Positions 1-11,144 are shown, counted from the stretch's first letter. The stretch: DNA of 39,502 bases from Chrysochromulina tobinii (GCA_001275005.1 JWZX01003165.1:1-39502); one strand, 5' to 3'. The notes: generated from the letters alone by a model not told the origin. Numbers and translations are program-made.

Positions 1-492
1 TCCAGTGGCACAAAGCTGATCCAAAGGTATCACCCTGTTCCACAAGTCAACTAAAATCACGGAAAAACGCGCTTACTGTTAAGCGCGCCGCTTACCGCTA
101 ATGAACCGATCATCCAAGTCCCTCGACGTGTTCCTAGTTTCCTAAAGCGGCGCATGGTTGCGATGGTGTTCACGCTCACGTTACGTTCACGTTCACGTTC
201 ACGTCCACGCGGCAAGACGCACAACCACCGGTCCCGAGGAGACACAACTGGAAGGCGCAGACTGTAACACAAAACACCAAAGACGCACACACAAGAGGTG
301 CGGCGGTCGCGGTCGCGGTGTGTCGCGCACGCGAATAGTATATAGTTATGTGGTTCAATGTGGAATGACACGAGAGGGCTGTGCCCGTACAAAGGCCAAC
401 GGGTGTTGACAGTGATCACAAACTAATCTCTGTACACCGAGCGCGATCCGGCCGAGCCCTTCCTTGTAGGAAACCTCTCTCACTTACTCTAC

Positions 493-3400
493 TTACTTAG
501 CCTCCAGATGGCGCGCCGCAAACTCGACTGCGCGCTGGACGGAGGCTCGGCCGTCGGAGGCGCGTGTGCCTACATTCGCCCAGCACACCGGGTCGCGAAG
601 GAGATCGAGAGCCAATACGCCGAGCGTCTCACGGACGGCATGCCGCTCCAGGTAAGTAGAGAGCTCGGGCCGGAGCACCGCTCCTGCGATCGCCACTGGC
701 AAAGTGTCGACGGGTCGTGTAGCATGCGCGCGCAGGTGGGATGCCATCTGCTTGAATGGCGGCCCGTCTGGCAGCGAAGCAAGCGCCGCATTGAGTGCAT
801 GCGAGAGCCGCTGCCCGAGCTCGTCGACTGCAGCCTCCTTCGAAGTTGGCACATTGGCCATGATCGCGCCGGCTCTCGCTGCCACCGCCGTCTCATCCTC
901 GGCTGCCTTCGCCGCCACGGCCGCGCCCGCTACCTCCTCGGCCGCCTTTGCTGCAGAGGTCACCGCCTCGGCTGCCAATCGCTCGGCCTCAACACGACCC
1001 GCCTCGGCTTTCTCCGCCGCCGGGCGCTTCGCCTTCGCCTTCTTCCCCCTCCCAATCTCCGCCTTCGCCTTCTCCGCCTTCGCCTTCACCTTCTCCGCCT
1101 TCACCTTCTTCGCCCTCACCTCCTCCGCTGCTCCCTCCTCAGCCGCAGCCTTTTCCGACGCGTCCTCCTCGGCCGCCGCCAACTCGGCGGCCACCTTCTC
1201 AGCTGCCGCAACCTCGGCCGCCGCCTTCTCGGCCGCCGCCAACTCGACCACCGCCTTCTCGGCCGCCGCCTTCTCGGCCGCCGCCTTCTCGGCCGCCGCC
1301 TTCTCGGCCGCCGCCAACTCGGCCGCCGCCTTCTCGGCCGCCGCCTTCTCGGCCGCCGCCTCCTCGGCCGCCGCCTCCTCGGCCGCCGCCTTCTCGGCCG
1401 CCGCCTCCTCGGCCGCCGCCTTCTCGGCCGCCGCCTTCTCGGAAGCCGCCTTCTCGGAAGCCGCCATCTCGGCCGCCGCCTTGTCAGCGGCCTCCTTGTC
1501 GGCCGCCGCCTTGTCAGCGGCCGCCTTCTCCGCCGCCGCCTTCTCGGCCGCCGCCTCCTCAGCCGCGGCCGCCTTGTCGGCCGCCTCCTTGTCGGCCGCC
1601 GCCTTGTTGGCCGCCGCCTGGTCCGCTGTCGGAGAGGTCGCGGGCACGGCCGGGGCGACAGAGGGCGCGGGCGCTTGGGCCGAGATCGGCGAGGTCGGCG
1701 AGGTCGGCGAGGTCGGCGAGGTCGGCGAGGTCGGCGAGGTCGGCGAGGTCGGCGAGGTCGGAGCATCGGCGGAAGCGGGGGCGGGGCAGCCGCACGAGAA
1801 GGCGCACTTTGCATGCATGAACACTGGAATGCGATCGCATTCGCCCGATTTAGACCATTTGGCGCACGGGAAGGTGGCGTCGTCGATGCACGACGAGCGT
1901 GCGTCCTCGTTCTTTGTCGGTGCGCCAAAGTCGAAATTGGCTGGCGGGGCCGGCGCGGTCAAGGCTGGCGCATTGACCGAGATCGGCGAGATCGGCGAGA
2001 TCCTCGGCGAGGTCGGCGAGATCGGCGAGATCGGTATCGGCAAGGTTGACGAGGGCGGGGCTACGACCTCAGCGGCCGGTGGCACGACCGCAGCGGGCGC
2101 GGCAGGACAGCCGCACGAGAACGCGCACTTAGCGTGCATGAACACTGGAATGCTGAGGCACTGGCCCGAAGCGACCCATTTGGCACATGGGAAAGAGGGG
2201 TCATCGGCGCACAGTGCGTTGCCTGCTGCCGCTTCTTCTGCTGCCGCCTTCTCGGCCGCCTTCTTGTCGGCTGCCGCCTTGTCGGCGGCCGCCTTGTCGG
2301 CTGCCTCCTTCTCAGCTGCCGCCTCCTCGGCCGCCTCCTTCTCAGCTGCTGCCTTGTCAGTCGCCGCCTTGTCGGCTGCGGCCTGGTCAGCTGCCTCCTG
2401 GTCTGCCTCCGTGATCGGAGTGCTCGGCGTCGTCGCGTCGTCGGCTGGGGCCGGCGCGGCGATGTCGGTCGGCGCATCTGCCATGGCTGGTGCCTTGAAC
2501 GTCGTGCATTCCGCACAAGCGTTGCACGCTGCAAAGGTGGTGCACTTTTCCTCAAAGGAGGCCGTGTGCTGCGCGCACCACGACTTGCAATATCCATTCG
2601 TCGCCGGCACAGCCGGGGGGACAGAGGTCGCGGGCGCTTGGGCCGCGATCGGCGAGGCCGGCTTCGGCAATAACAGGCTCGCCTCCTTCTCGTCAGCCAG
2701 CTGCTTCTCCGCCGCCCTCCTGGCCTTCTCCGCTGCCCTCTCGGCGTCCGCTTTCTCAGCCGCCGCCCTCTCCGCGGGTGTCATGAGGTCACCTCCATCT
2801 TTGTCTGGGAGCGGCGGAGACACAGCAGGAGGCGGTGGAGAAGGCGGCGGTGGCATCGGAGGCGGAGGCGATGGCGATGGCGGCGATGGCGATGGCGGCG
2901 ATGGCGATGGCGGCGATGGCGATGGCGGCGATGGCGATGGCGGCGATGGCGGCGATGGCTGAAGCAGATCCAGATTGTTGGCATACCAACCGTCACTCGG
3001 GGTGCTCTCACGCGCCGGAGATGAAGGGAGATCGTGTGCGCCGTTGTGGTCCCCGATGGCCGGAGCCTTGAGGTCGTGACCCATGTCGTGTCCACCTGTG
3101 TTCCCCATGTCGTGTCCACCTTTGTTCTTGAGGTCCAGGTCGTCAATATCGAGGTGGTTGAAACGGTCGAGGTCCACGTCGTCGACATCGTCTCCAGCTT
3201 CGGGATCCTCATTGGCCAGAGCCTCGGGCTCGTCTGCATATTTGTTGTCGAGGTCGAGCTCATCGATGTACCAATCGTTGCTATGGTTGGTCTCATACGC
3301 CGGTGGTGCCAAGATCGGCGAGGTCGGCTTCGGCAACGTCATGCTCGCCTCCTTTTCGTCCGCCAGCTTCTTTCGCGCTGCCCTCTCGGCGTCCGCCTTC

Positions 3401-3999
3401 GTAGCCGCCGCTCTCTCGTCCTCCGCCCGTTCGGCATCCCTCTCGTCCGCCGCCTTCTCGTCCGCCGCCTTCTGGAGCTCAAGCTCGTCCTGAGGAATTG
3501 CCTTGTCGCCGGCAAAGTCGCACTTGACGATGCCGTTGTCGTTGTCGCACACGATCGGTGCCTTCGACACGGCCTCACGTGCGGGCGGCGCCGACACGAG
3601 ATCGTCTCCACCTTCGCGGTCCTCGCTTGCCGGAGCCTCGAGAACATCTTCACCTTTGTTCTTGAGGTCTAGGTCGTCGATGTCAAGGTCGTCGAGATCT
3701 TCGGGGTCAATGTCATCGCTGGCCGGAGCTTCGAGAGGTACATCAGGTCGTCGAAATAGCAGGTCGTCAATATTCCTCTCCCACATTTGTAGGTCTTCTC
3801 CCACTTGTGGTCGATGGTATTTGCCCACGGATCTCAACGACGGAGCGCTGGGTTCTGGTGCATGGGCTCCGCGAGGACTGTCATGACTCTCGTGGTGTTG
3901 TCCTCCACCTTTGCCGTCGTTGTCGTTGTCGTTGTGTCTCAATAGGGCAACGCCGCCGCCCAAGGGATACGCCAGGGCGACGGCAAAAAAAGCTAGCAT
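493..3999 (-). CDS. Secreted low-complexity protein with two ShKT-like domains, an (SPPSP)n Pro-rich tract and (AAAEK)n helical repeats
   Basis: ORF 493..4056; likely start is the signal peptide [10 protein letters not shown] at 3999. Two 6-Cys motifs, [12 protein letters not shown]...CAFSCGC and [12 protein letters not shown]...CAFSCGC, fit the ShKT pattern. The stop overlaps a GTAAGT, so the 3' end could be spliced onward. Confidence 0.7.
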   Translation of the reverse strand: MLAFFAVALAYPLGGGVALLRHNDNDNDGKGGGQHHESHDSPRGAHAPEPSAPSLRSVGKYHRPQVGEDLQMWERNIDDLLFRRPDVPLEAPASDDIDPEDLDDLDIDDLDLKNKGEDVLEAPASEDREGGDDLVSAPPAREAVSKAPIVCDNDNGIVKCDFAGDKAIPQDELELQKAADEKAADERDAERAEDERAAATKADAERAARKKLADEKEASMTLPKPTSPILAPPAYETNHSNDWYIDELDLDNKYADEPEALANEDPEAGDDVDDVDLDRFNHLDIDDLDLKNKGGHDMGNTGGHDMGHDLKAPAIGDHNGAHDLPSSPARESTPSDGWYANNLDLLQPSPPSPPSPSPPSPSPPSPSPPSPSPPSPSPPPPMPPPPSPPPPAVSPPLPDKDGGDLMTPAERAAAEKADAERAAEKARRAAEKQLADEKEASLLLPKPASPIAAQAPATSVPPAVPATNGYCKSWCAQHTASFEEKCTTFAACNACAECTTFKAPAMADAPTDIAAPAPADDATTPSTPITEADQEAADQAAADKAATDKAAAEKEAAEEAAAEKEAADKAAADKAAADKKAAEKAAAEEAAAGNALCADDPSFPCAKWVASGQCLSIPVFMHAKCAFSCGCPAAPAAVVPPAAEVVAPPSSTLPIPISPISPTSPRISPISPISVNAPALTAPAPPANFDFGAPTKNEDARSSCIDDATFPCAKWSKSGECDRIPVFMHAKCAFSCGCPAPASADAPTSPTSPTSPTSPTSPTSPTSPTSPISAQAPAPSVAPAVPATSPTADQAAANKAAADKEAADKAAAAEEAAAEKAAAEKAAADKAAADKEAADKAAAEMAASEKAASEKAAAEKAAAEEAAAEKAAAEEAAAEEAAAEKAAAEKAAAELAAAEKAAAEKAAAEKAAAEKAVVELAAAEKAAAEVAAAEKVAAELAAAEEDASEKAAAEEGAAEEVRAKKVKAEKVKAKAEKAKAEIGRGKKAKAKRPAAEKAEAGRVEAERLAAEAVTSAAKAAEEVAGAAVAAKAAEDETAVAARAGAIMANVPTSKEAAVDELGQRLSHALNAALASLPDGPPFKQMASHLRAHATRPVDTLPVAIAGAVLRPELSTYLERHAVRETLGVLALDLLRDPVCWANVGTRASDGRASVQRAVEFAARHLEAK

Positions 4000-4439
4000 T
4001 GCGACAGAGAGAGAGTGTTCACTGCCAAATTTGGTTTCGTTCACATCGCTATGCATGCAGGTTGTGTGGTAGTCAAGTCAAGACACATTCTCCGTCTTCA
4101 GTTGTTTATGTTTAGACTTGACTTTCAGGAACGATCATACATGTATCATGTTCGGTTCCGCTGCCGTGCCGGGAGGCCGAGCATGGCCGAGGCAGCCGAA
4201 GGCAGCCGGCATCCACACCACCTCCACCAGGAGCGCGGGAGGGCAGAGTTTGTGTTTGAGTGGTACGGTTGGACTAGTTCCGCTGTACCTTGGTTGTTCC
4301 ACTCGTCCTATTTCATGTCCTATTGCCGCACCACGATCGGTGCCCCCCCTAGCCCTTTGCACGTGGGCCATTGCTCCCCTCGCTCCCTGAGCGCTTTCGA
4401 TGCCCCGCAGCTCTTCAAATACACCACCTCACTCATCCC

Positions 4440-5402
4440 TCAGATTTGTATGGGTTTGCCATCGAGCCCGAACACGGGAGTCGTCACGGGGACTGTGTTG
4501 ATGATGGGTTTGCCATCGAGCCCAAACACGGGGAGACCGGGGACTGTGTTGATGGCTGTTGATGGCTGCGTAGCGGAAAGGAAGGCAGTGTTCGGCTGCA
4601 TGTCGTAAAAGGGCGCCGCAGAAGTCGCTACTTCCACAGTATGGCTGGTCATCGCACGGGTTGCCGTCCTTCTGCGGTGCAGATGTACCACCAGACCGCC
4701 AACCGCCAGGCCGATGGCAAGAAGGAGAATCGCGACGCCGACGACACACGAGATGACCCACAGGGGCAGCGGCTGGAGGACACACGCACCGCTCGTGCGG
4801 ACCACCACCGTGTACGTGATCACTGAGGCGGAAGTGGACTCCGTCCCGCTCACAGCCTGCGGATAGTTCACGGACCAATCGCACTCGAGCTGCATGACAT
4901 ATTGCCGCTGCAGGCCGCCAGAGCCGCCACGCGCAGGGTCGCCACCGCTGAATGTGATTTGCGCACCGCCTTTGATGTCGTTTGGATTCTGCAGACTCCA
5001 GACGTGGTTTCTCAGATGGCCCGGGGCGACGCACTTTGCACCGTTCTGGTATACGTCGATCGCGGCTGGATTCGATATGCACGGTGGGTTTGCTGAGTCG
5101 CAGGCATAGCTGCCTTGGCCGCACGTCACCGTGGGTGGCCTGCAGATGCGCGTGTAAATGTCGCCGGTGATGGCGCCGGCCTGATTCTTGACGGCCACAC
5201 GCAGATTGCCCGTTAGAGCTTCATCGGCCAAACGAAGATCATAGTAGATCTCAGGCTGACTTGCATCCGGGGTGAACGTGCAGATCATCGTAGCCTCTGG
5301 AGGTGGTGGGCTAGGAGGCGATGGTGGCGGGTTGAATTTAATACCCTGTGCCGATACGAGCGTCCATGCTTGCAGCAGCGAGAGCAGCCGCAGGCAACTC
5401 AT
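4440..5402 (-). CDS. Type I membrane protein with a mannose-6-phosphate receptor homology (MRH/ATG27-like) domain
   Basis: Signal peptide MSCLRLLSLLQAWTLVSAQG; MRH-like pattern YYDL..RIC..GAQITFSGGD..QLECD..RTSGAC; then a TM helix and a cytosolic tail. Confidence 0.65.
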   Translation of the reverse strand: MSCLRLLSLLQAWTLVSAQGIKFNPPPSPPSPPPPEATMICTFTPDASQPEIYYDLRLADEALTGNLRVAVKNQAGAITGDIYTRICRPPTVTCGQGSYACDSANPPCISNPAAIDVYQNGAKCVAPGHLRNHVWSLQNPNDIKGGAQITFSGGDPARGGSGGLQRQYVMQLECDWSVNYPQAVSGTESTSASVITYTVVVRTSGACVLQPLPLWVISCVVGVAILLLAIGLAVGGLVVHLHRRRTATRAMTSHTVEVATSAAPFYDMQPNTAFLSATQPSTAINTVPGLPVFGLDGKPIINTVPVTTPVFGLDGKPIQI

Positions 5403-5630
5403 CGCCTGGCGGCCTCGCTCGCCTTCCGCCAACTCTTCCGCACCGAAATCAAAGATCTTCAAGTTCTTGTTTTTTCGGGGATGTGAACGTTAACACTGAT
5501 GGTTCCATCTCTGTTTCCGCACAAAAGCTCCGCGGCTCACGCCCGTCCAGGGCCCGTCCCACCCGACACGGCGGCTTCTTGTCGTCAGCCCGAACTATCC
5601 GATCACGCAGGGCGTGGGCACTGCCGCAGC

Positions 5631-7847
5631 ATGACGACTAGGCGCGGGCACGTTCCGCATGCGCAGCGCCGTCATCCGGCACCGCCTCTCGAGGCTTTTC
5701 GCCGGTCCGATGTCTTCGAGACTCTCGCATGCCATCCCGACACGCGCCCACACGTGGTCGATGCTGGGTTCCGCGAGGCGGTTTCGAAGCTGCGCACGAG
5801 TTCACACGAGGGCGGCATGCGCCTGATCCAGCACGACCCGCGGCTGGTACAGGCCATGGGCGTACTCAACGGCCATCGTGTCAGTGCGACCGAGGCGGAC
5901 GTGCGCGCCGCCGAGCGTGTCGGCGACATCAAGAAGCGCGATGCCATCCAAACGGCCGACGTCGAGGCTGCGCTGCAGTGTGCGACCGTCGCGGAGGCCA
6001 AGGCGGCCGGCAACGAGCACTTCAAGGCGGGGGCGCACAGCAAGGCGCTCGCCTGCTACGCGCGCGCGCGCGTACTCCTCGACAGCGAGGAGGCAGCCGC
6101 GCTCGCCGCTGGGGCTAGCGAGGACGACGAGGACGACAAGGTGGCGACGGGCGCCGCGCGTTCGGGCACGATGCGCGCCGTGCTTCTGAGCAACTCAGCG
6201 GCGGCGCTTCTGCGGCTTGAGCGGCCCGCGGAGGCGCTGCAGGCCGGGCTCGAGGCCCTCTCCGCCGCGCCGCCCCGCAGCAGTGAGCCCCTGAGTAAGA
6301 TCCACTACCGACTCGCACACGCGTACGAGCAGCTCCAGAGGTATGACGAGGCCATCGAGGCCATGCGTCGCTCTCTGGAGCACGCGCGTGGCGAGGCAGT
6401 CGAGGCGCCGTCTCGGGCAGTCGAGGCGCCGTCTGGGGCAGTCGAGGCGCCGTCTCGGGCTGGCGAGGCGCCGTCTCGGGCAGGCGAGGCGCCGTCTCGG
6501 GCAGTCGAGGCGCCGTCTCGGGCAGTCGAGGCGGCGCGTGGGGCTCTCCACCCATCGAGCCTCGAGTGCAGTGCAGCCTCCGACAGCGCCACCACCGCCA
6601 GCGCCACCACCGCCAGCGCCACCACCGCCAGCGCCACCACCGCCAGCGCCACCACCGCCAGCGCCACCACCACGAGCGCCTCCACCGCGACCAGTGCCAC
6701 CACCACCGCGAGCGCCACCAGTGCCCGCGCTAAGCTGCTGGCAGACGAGCTACGGCGGCTCGAGTGTGCACGCCGTGTCGCCACTGAGGCTCGGGAGGAC
6801 AAGGAGCGGCAGGCGAGGCGGGAAGCGGTGGCGCAGGCAAGGCGCGAGGCGGGCGTGCCTCTCGCGCCGTCCCGGGCGCCTGCCAACGGGGCGGAGGCGC
6901 CGTCCCGGGCGGCCGAGGGGGCGAAGGCAGCGGCCTTGGCTGAGCACGACTTCAGCCACTGGGCGCGCCGGGCGTTGGCGGCGCGACTGGGGGGCCTTCG
7001 ACACGCTCGCGCGGGCGCAACTGTCGTCGTGGATAGGATGGATGATGAGCGCTCCGAGGTGACTCTGATGACCCTTGATGACCCTTGATGACCCTTGATG
7101 ACCCTTGATGACCATTGATGACCATTGATGACCCTTGATGACCCTTGATTACGTCCGAGATGGACGATGAGCGCTCCGAGGTGACTTGCGTCTGCCCCGA
7201 CCATCGCCCCGGCCGCCAACCCCCCTTGCCTCAAGCTGGTGTGCATGGGGGGGTGCTGATTGTGGTGTGCAGGGGGGGTGGCTGATTGTGGTGTGCAGAT
7301 GGCTGACGGCTTGCTGATGATGATGGCAGGTGCATGCATCCATTCAAGAGCGTCGCGGCCGGCGCGCACTATATTACGATCTGGACCTGGTGCTGCACTG
7401 GACGGGTCACTGCGCGCTGGGGGAGCAGACGTTGGGCGAGGAGGCTGGGCACGCGCCCGAGACGACGGCACACACGATCCAGGGCGAGTTTCGGCACGCG
7501 CCCGAGACGACGGCACACACGATCCAGGGCGAGTTTCGGCTGTACAATGTCGGGCAGGACACCCAATTCAACCTTCAACCTCGCCCGCATCCAAGTGCTC
7601 ATCACGGCGCCGCCCTCCCTCCCCTTCCCCACAGGTGGGGCAGGACACCCAATTCAACCTCGGCGGCGACCCGCACACGTCCTACCTCTACACAGTGGGC
7701 GTTCCCGTACAGTTCCACAACGATGAGCGGTGCGAGCTCTGGGCGCGCCATCTCAAGTACGAGGCCAGCGAGCTCTTCGAGCTTGTGAGCGCGCTCGTCG
7801 GCCAAGTTGTAACCGATCTCGTGCGCAAGGCCGAAAGGGATTGTTGA
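5631..7847 (+). CDS. Putative Hsp90 co-chaperone with STI1-like, TPR and Aha1 N-terminal-like domains; exons 5631-7058, 7330-7548, 7635-7847 (~619 aa)
   Basis: TPR motifs AKAAGNEHFKAG..ALACY, LLSNSAAALL and KIHYRLAHAY; DPRLVQAMGVL (STI1-like); EHDFSHWARRAL..ASIQERRGRRALYYDLDLVLHW (Aha1_N-like). Both GT-AG introns restore the frame. Confidence 0.7.
7059..7329 (+). other. Spliceosomal intron (271 nt) carrying a (TTGATGACCC)n insert
   Basis: GAG|GTGACT ... GGCAG|GTG; joins ERSE to VHASIQ in phase 0. Confidence 0.75.
7549..7634 (+). other. Spliceosomal intron (86 nt)
   Basis: AAT|GTCGGG ... CCCACAG|GTGGGG; pyrimidine-rich 3' end; joins the 7330 and 7260 frames. Confidence 0.75.
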
Positions 7848-7974
7848 AAGGGCTCCAAAGGGTTTCTACGCTGTGCAGTGGTAGACGAATCGTATTGATC
7901 GGATAGGACGCAGCGCTTGCCGCGTAGAATGTACTGTTTAGAGAATAGGTTTCGTCATTAGGGCTACCGGTACG

Positions 7975-8377
7975 CCACTGAGTTCAAAATCAGGTGGTGG
8001 GGATAGTGTGTGAATCCAGAAAGAATACCCTCCCCTACCCCTTTGGATCAACCACTGAGTTCAAAATCAGGTGGTGGGCAGGTGGGGATAGTGTGTGAAT
8101 CCAGAAAGAATACCCTCCCCTACCCCTTTGGATCAACCACTGAGTTCAAAATCAGGTGGTGGGGATAGTGTGTGACTCCAGAAAGAATACCCTCCCCTAC
8201 CCCTTTGGATCAACCACTGAGTTCAAAATCAGGTGGTGGGGATAGTGTGTGAATCCAGAAAGAATACCTTAGAATACCCTCCCCTACCCCTTTGGATCAA
8301 CCACTGAGTTCAAAATCAGGTGGTGGGGATAGTGTGTGAATCCAGAAAGAATACCCTCCCCTACCCCTTTGGGTCAA
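7975..8377. repeat. Intergenic tandem repeat, 5 copies of a ~77-nt unit
   Basis: Unit CCACTGAGTTCAAAATCAGG...CCCCTTTGGATCAA starts at 7975, 8052, 8137, 8214 and 8301; copies 2 and 4 carry 8- and 10-nt internal micro-duplications. Confidence 0.95.
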
Positions 8378-9112
8378 GTCGCAATCTCCGTAAGGTATTA
8401 AATCTCCGTAAGATATAGTATAGAGGATATAGAGAATGATATAGAGTTGTCCTGTGCCCCCATATAGCCGAGCGGCCGAGAGCGATGCGACGAGACCAAG
8501 AGAGATGTGACCGTCCGGTCCGGAGTCAGATAACCGAACGTGTGAGTTCAGTGAGTTGTGAGCGTCTCGCCGCGCGTGACTCGCCGCGCCTCTTCGCTCT
8601 CGCGCGTCTATTAATAAAAGCGACCGGTGCCGCGGACTACGCACACTCTGCTGCACACGCAAAGCGATTCGTGCACATGCGACGTGCCCTGCACCGCTGG
8701 TTCTCGACCTTGTACGTATGGGATATGCCACGGTGCCCGTGCCGCCTGCGTGGGGGCGGAGGCCTCCTCTCCCAGCCGGCTCGAGATCCGGAGACGAGGC
8801 CGAGCGCCGTGGGTGGAATCGAGCTTCGCGTCCACCACATCAAGATGCTTCATTGGTGACTTAAAAGATGCCTCGAGGATCAACATGGCGGTCGGCATGA
8901 TCCCAGCCATTCACGCATGATCCCAGCCCGGACTGAGGAGACGCAAGTGTGAACACCCACCCTCCCAAATCTCTCCAAATCTCCCCGAGCCGCTCAAAGC
9001 AGCGCTGGCGCATCTTCGGCTGCAATCTCCTCCCAATCTCCCTGCCATTTGCAAGATTCCCACATGCCCTCACGCCCGCATGCCCGCTGTTCACAGGCCG
9101 CATGCCCGCTGT

Positions 9113-11144
9113 TCACAGGCCGTTCGGGTCGTAGCGCGACGGCGCGTACTCGGGTACCGTCTTGAGCGGTTTCGTCGACTCCTCGATGAGAGTGTAATCA
9201 TACCCGTGCTCGCGGCGCGATGCGTATGAGCGCTCAGTCCACTCGATGTCGAACCTGTGAACGAGCGATGGGGCGCTGTGGTGAGCACACGCATGCGAGG
9301 CAGCTCAGGGCCGGGCGAACGGTCCAACTCGATGCCGTACGAAGTGGCGATGACGTCCCCGAAGCGCGATTGGAGCGTCTCGTACGTCTCGTACGGGATG
9401 AAGTTGAAGCCGCACACCTCCGGGTCGTTGATGCCCACGCGCTTGATCTCCTCGTCAGTCGGACCGAAGATCATCGGAAGGTCATCAAAGGGCATCGGCG
9501 GGTAGCACTTTGAGGTGGCCTCCGTGCCCTGAACGCGCAGGAAGCATGCGACGTAGAGCCCGGCCGAGCCGAAGTCGGTGATGTTCTGGAAGTAGTAGCC
9601 CTCGCCAGGCTCACACGCGCCCGTCGGCAGGGAGGAGCCATCGTCGACACACTTGAGGTGGAAGACCTTGCGTGTGCTCTCGGCGCTCATGAGCGTCATT
9701 GGGGAGGTGCACTCGGCCACACTGCCACACGTCATCCAGGAGCGCGGCGAGTGCGGGTTTGGGCACACGTACGACTCATCGAGCTCGCCCACGTCTTGCA
9801 GGAAGTACGCTGCGGAGTGCGAGCCGCGAGCGCGCATGCCATGCGAGCGCCCCATGCCATCCTCCCAAGTGTTGCGCACGATCCAGCCTCCGTCAAAGCC
9901 CCGAACGGTGCGGAAGTGGTCATTGTAGCCGACGATGTTGATGGCGTGGCCGCCAATCTGCACTAGCGGCTCATTCGGCTGGTGAAACCACTCGCCTGCG
10001 ACACACACACACGCGCGCGCGAGCGCACGCCCGGTGGAGAGCTGTCAGAGGTCTGGAGACGGAGGGGCGGGCGGATGCCGAGAGGACGCGCCCAGTACGG
10101 CGCCTACGCCACGAGCAGCACGCTGAGTGTAGGCGCCGTACTGGGCACGCTGAGCAGCACTGCCGGGCGATGACGCTGACGAAGTTGGCGAGGCTGAGCA
10201 GCACTGCCGGGCGACGCACCCTTCATGCTCACCATCGGGCGCTCGATGGTGATGCAGCACGTGATGCCCTCGTAGACGCGCTCGTGCGGGCACGCCTCGC
10301 AAACCTCCTTCTCCTTGTCGCAGCCCCGACGGGCGTCGCAAGGCACGTGAAAGTGCGAGCTGACCTCGCCGAGACCCAGCGAGAGCGGGTAGCCGCGCTC
10401 GACGAGCGTCCGCTTGATGTCGTCACGCGCAAAGTGCGTCTTCCACGAATTCACTTTAAACTCGAGTGGATTCTTGCTACGCGCCTCGGCGAGGCCATCG
10501 CATTTCCAGTCATCGTCGAGGCCGGCGACCGGTGTGTAGGGGCACACCGTCACGGGCAGCGGGCCGATCTTGCCGAGGTCCGAGATCTGGCTCAGGGGGG
10601 CAAAGATCTTCTCATCGCCACCGTCGCGGCCTTCGGTCGTATTGCCCCACGAGATCATAGTGGCTCCGCCCTCCACCGTGACCTCCACGGCAGGGCAATA
10701 GCTCATCGGGTACTTCTTGCACGTCTCCATGTACGCGATGCCGAGCGCCTGGCGGCTCAGCCTCATGTACTTTGCGGGGTCAAACCAGCCGCGCTCGACT
10801 CCATAGCGACGGTAAGAGTCTTCGAGGATGCCCGAGCCCGAGAAGAGATAGCAGTCGCCACGAAGCAACTGATGGGACGACGGAGTCACGCCACTGACGA
10901 GGAATCGCGGCGGCGTCGAAGTGTGGACGCTCGGGCAAGACGGCGCGCTCGCCATCGACACCGCGCTGGGCTGCATGAAGTAGGCGAGCGTGCTCAGGAG
11001 CCCGCCGCCGATTACCATACCTCCGATGACCAAGGTGCCATTTCGTACCATACCTCCGAGTGGCGTGACCAGGTTGGTCGGCTTGGCGCGCTCATCGTCG
11101 CCGAGAAGAGATGTCTTTCCATTCTCCATAGATGCGTACTGCAT
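9113..11144 (-). CDS. Papain-family (C1) cysteine peptidase with an N-terminal TM anchor; exons 11144-10220, 9995-9341, 9254-9113 (~573 aa)
   Basis: Catalytic-type motifs HQLLRGDCYLFS (Gln/Cys), GGHAINIVGYND (His) and WIVRNTW (Asn). Two GT-AG introns give a continuous frame. Confidence 0.8.
9255..9340 (-). other. Spliceosomal intron (86 nt)
   Basis: TC|GTACGG ... TTCACAG|GTTCGAC; gives ATSFDIEWTERSY...PNGL-stop. Confidence 0.7.
9996..10219 (-). other. Spliceosomal intron (224 nt) with internal direct and inverted repeats
   Basis: AAGG|GTGCGT ... GTCGCAG|GCGAG; gives MKGEWFHQP. Confidence 0.8.

Noticed and set aside
167..208. (CGTTCA)n hexamer repeat and small ORFs at the window start
   Set aside because: A simple microsatellite; the ORFs have no coding signature.
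1682..2040. (GGCGAGGTC)n and (GGCGAGATC)n tracts as hidden introns
   Set aside because: They are in-frame 9-nt units encoding (SPT)n and (SPI)n with no clear splice sites, so they were treated as coding.
508..2962. Long + strand ORFs (513 and 752 aa)
   Set aside because: They are antisense shadows of a GC-rich repetitive CDS.
7975..8377. CRISPR array
   Set aside because: The units are contiguous with no unique spacers, there are no cas genes and the context is eukaryotic.
8297..9103. Short ORFs between the tandem array and the protease
   Set aside because: No domain motifs, overlapping frames on both strands, and one ORF derives from the repeat.
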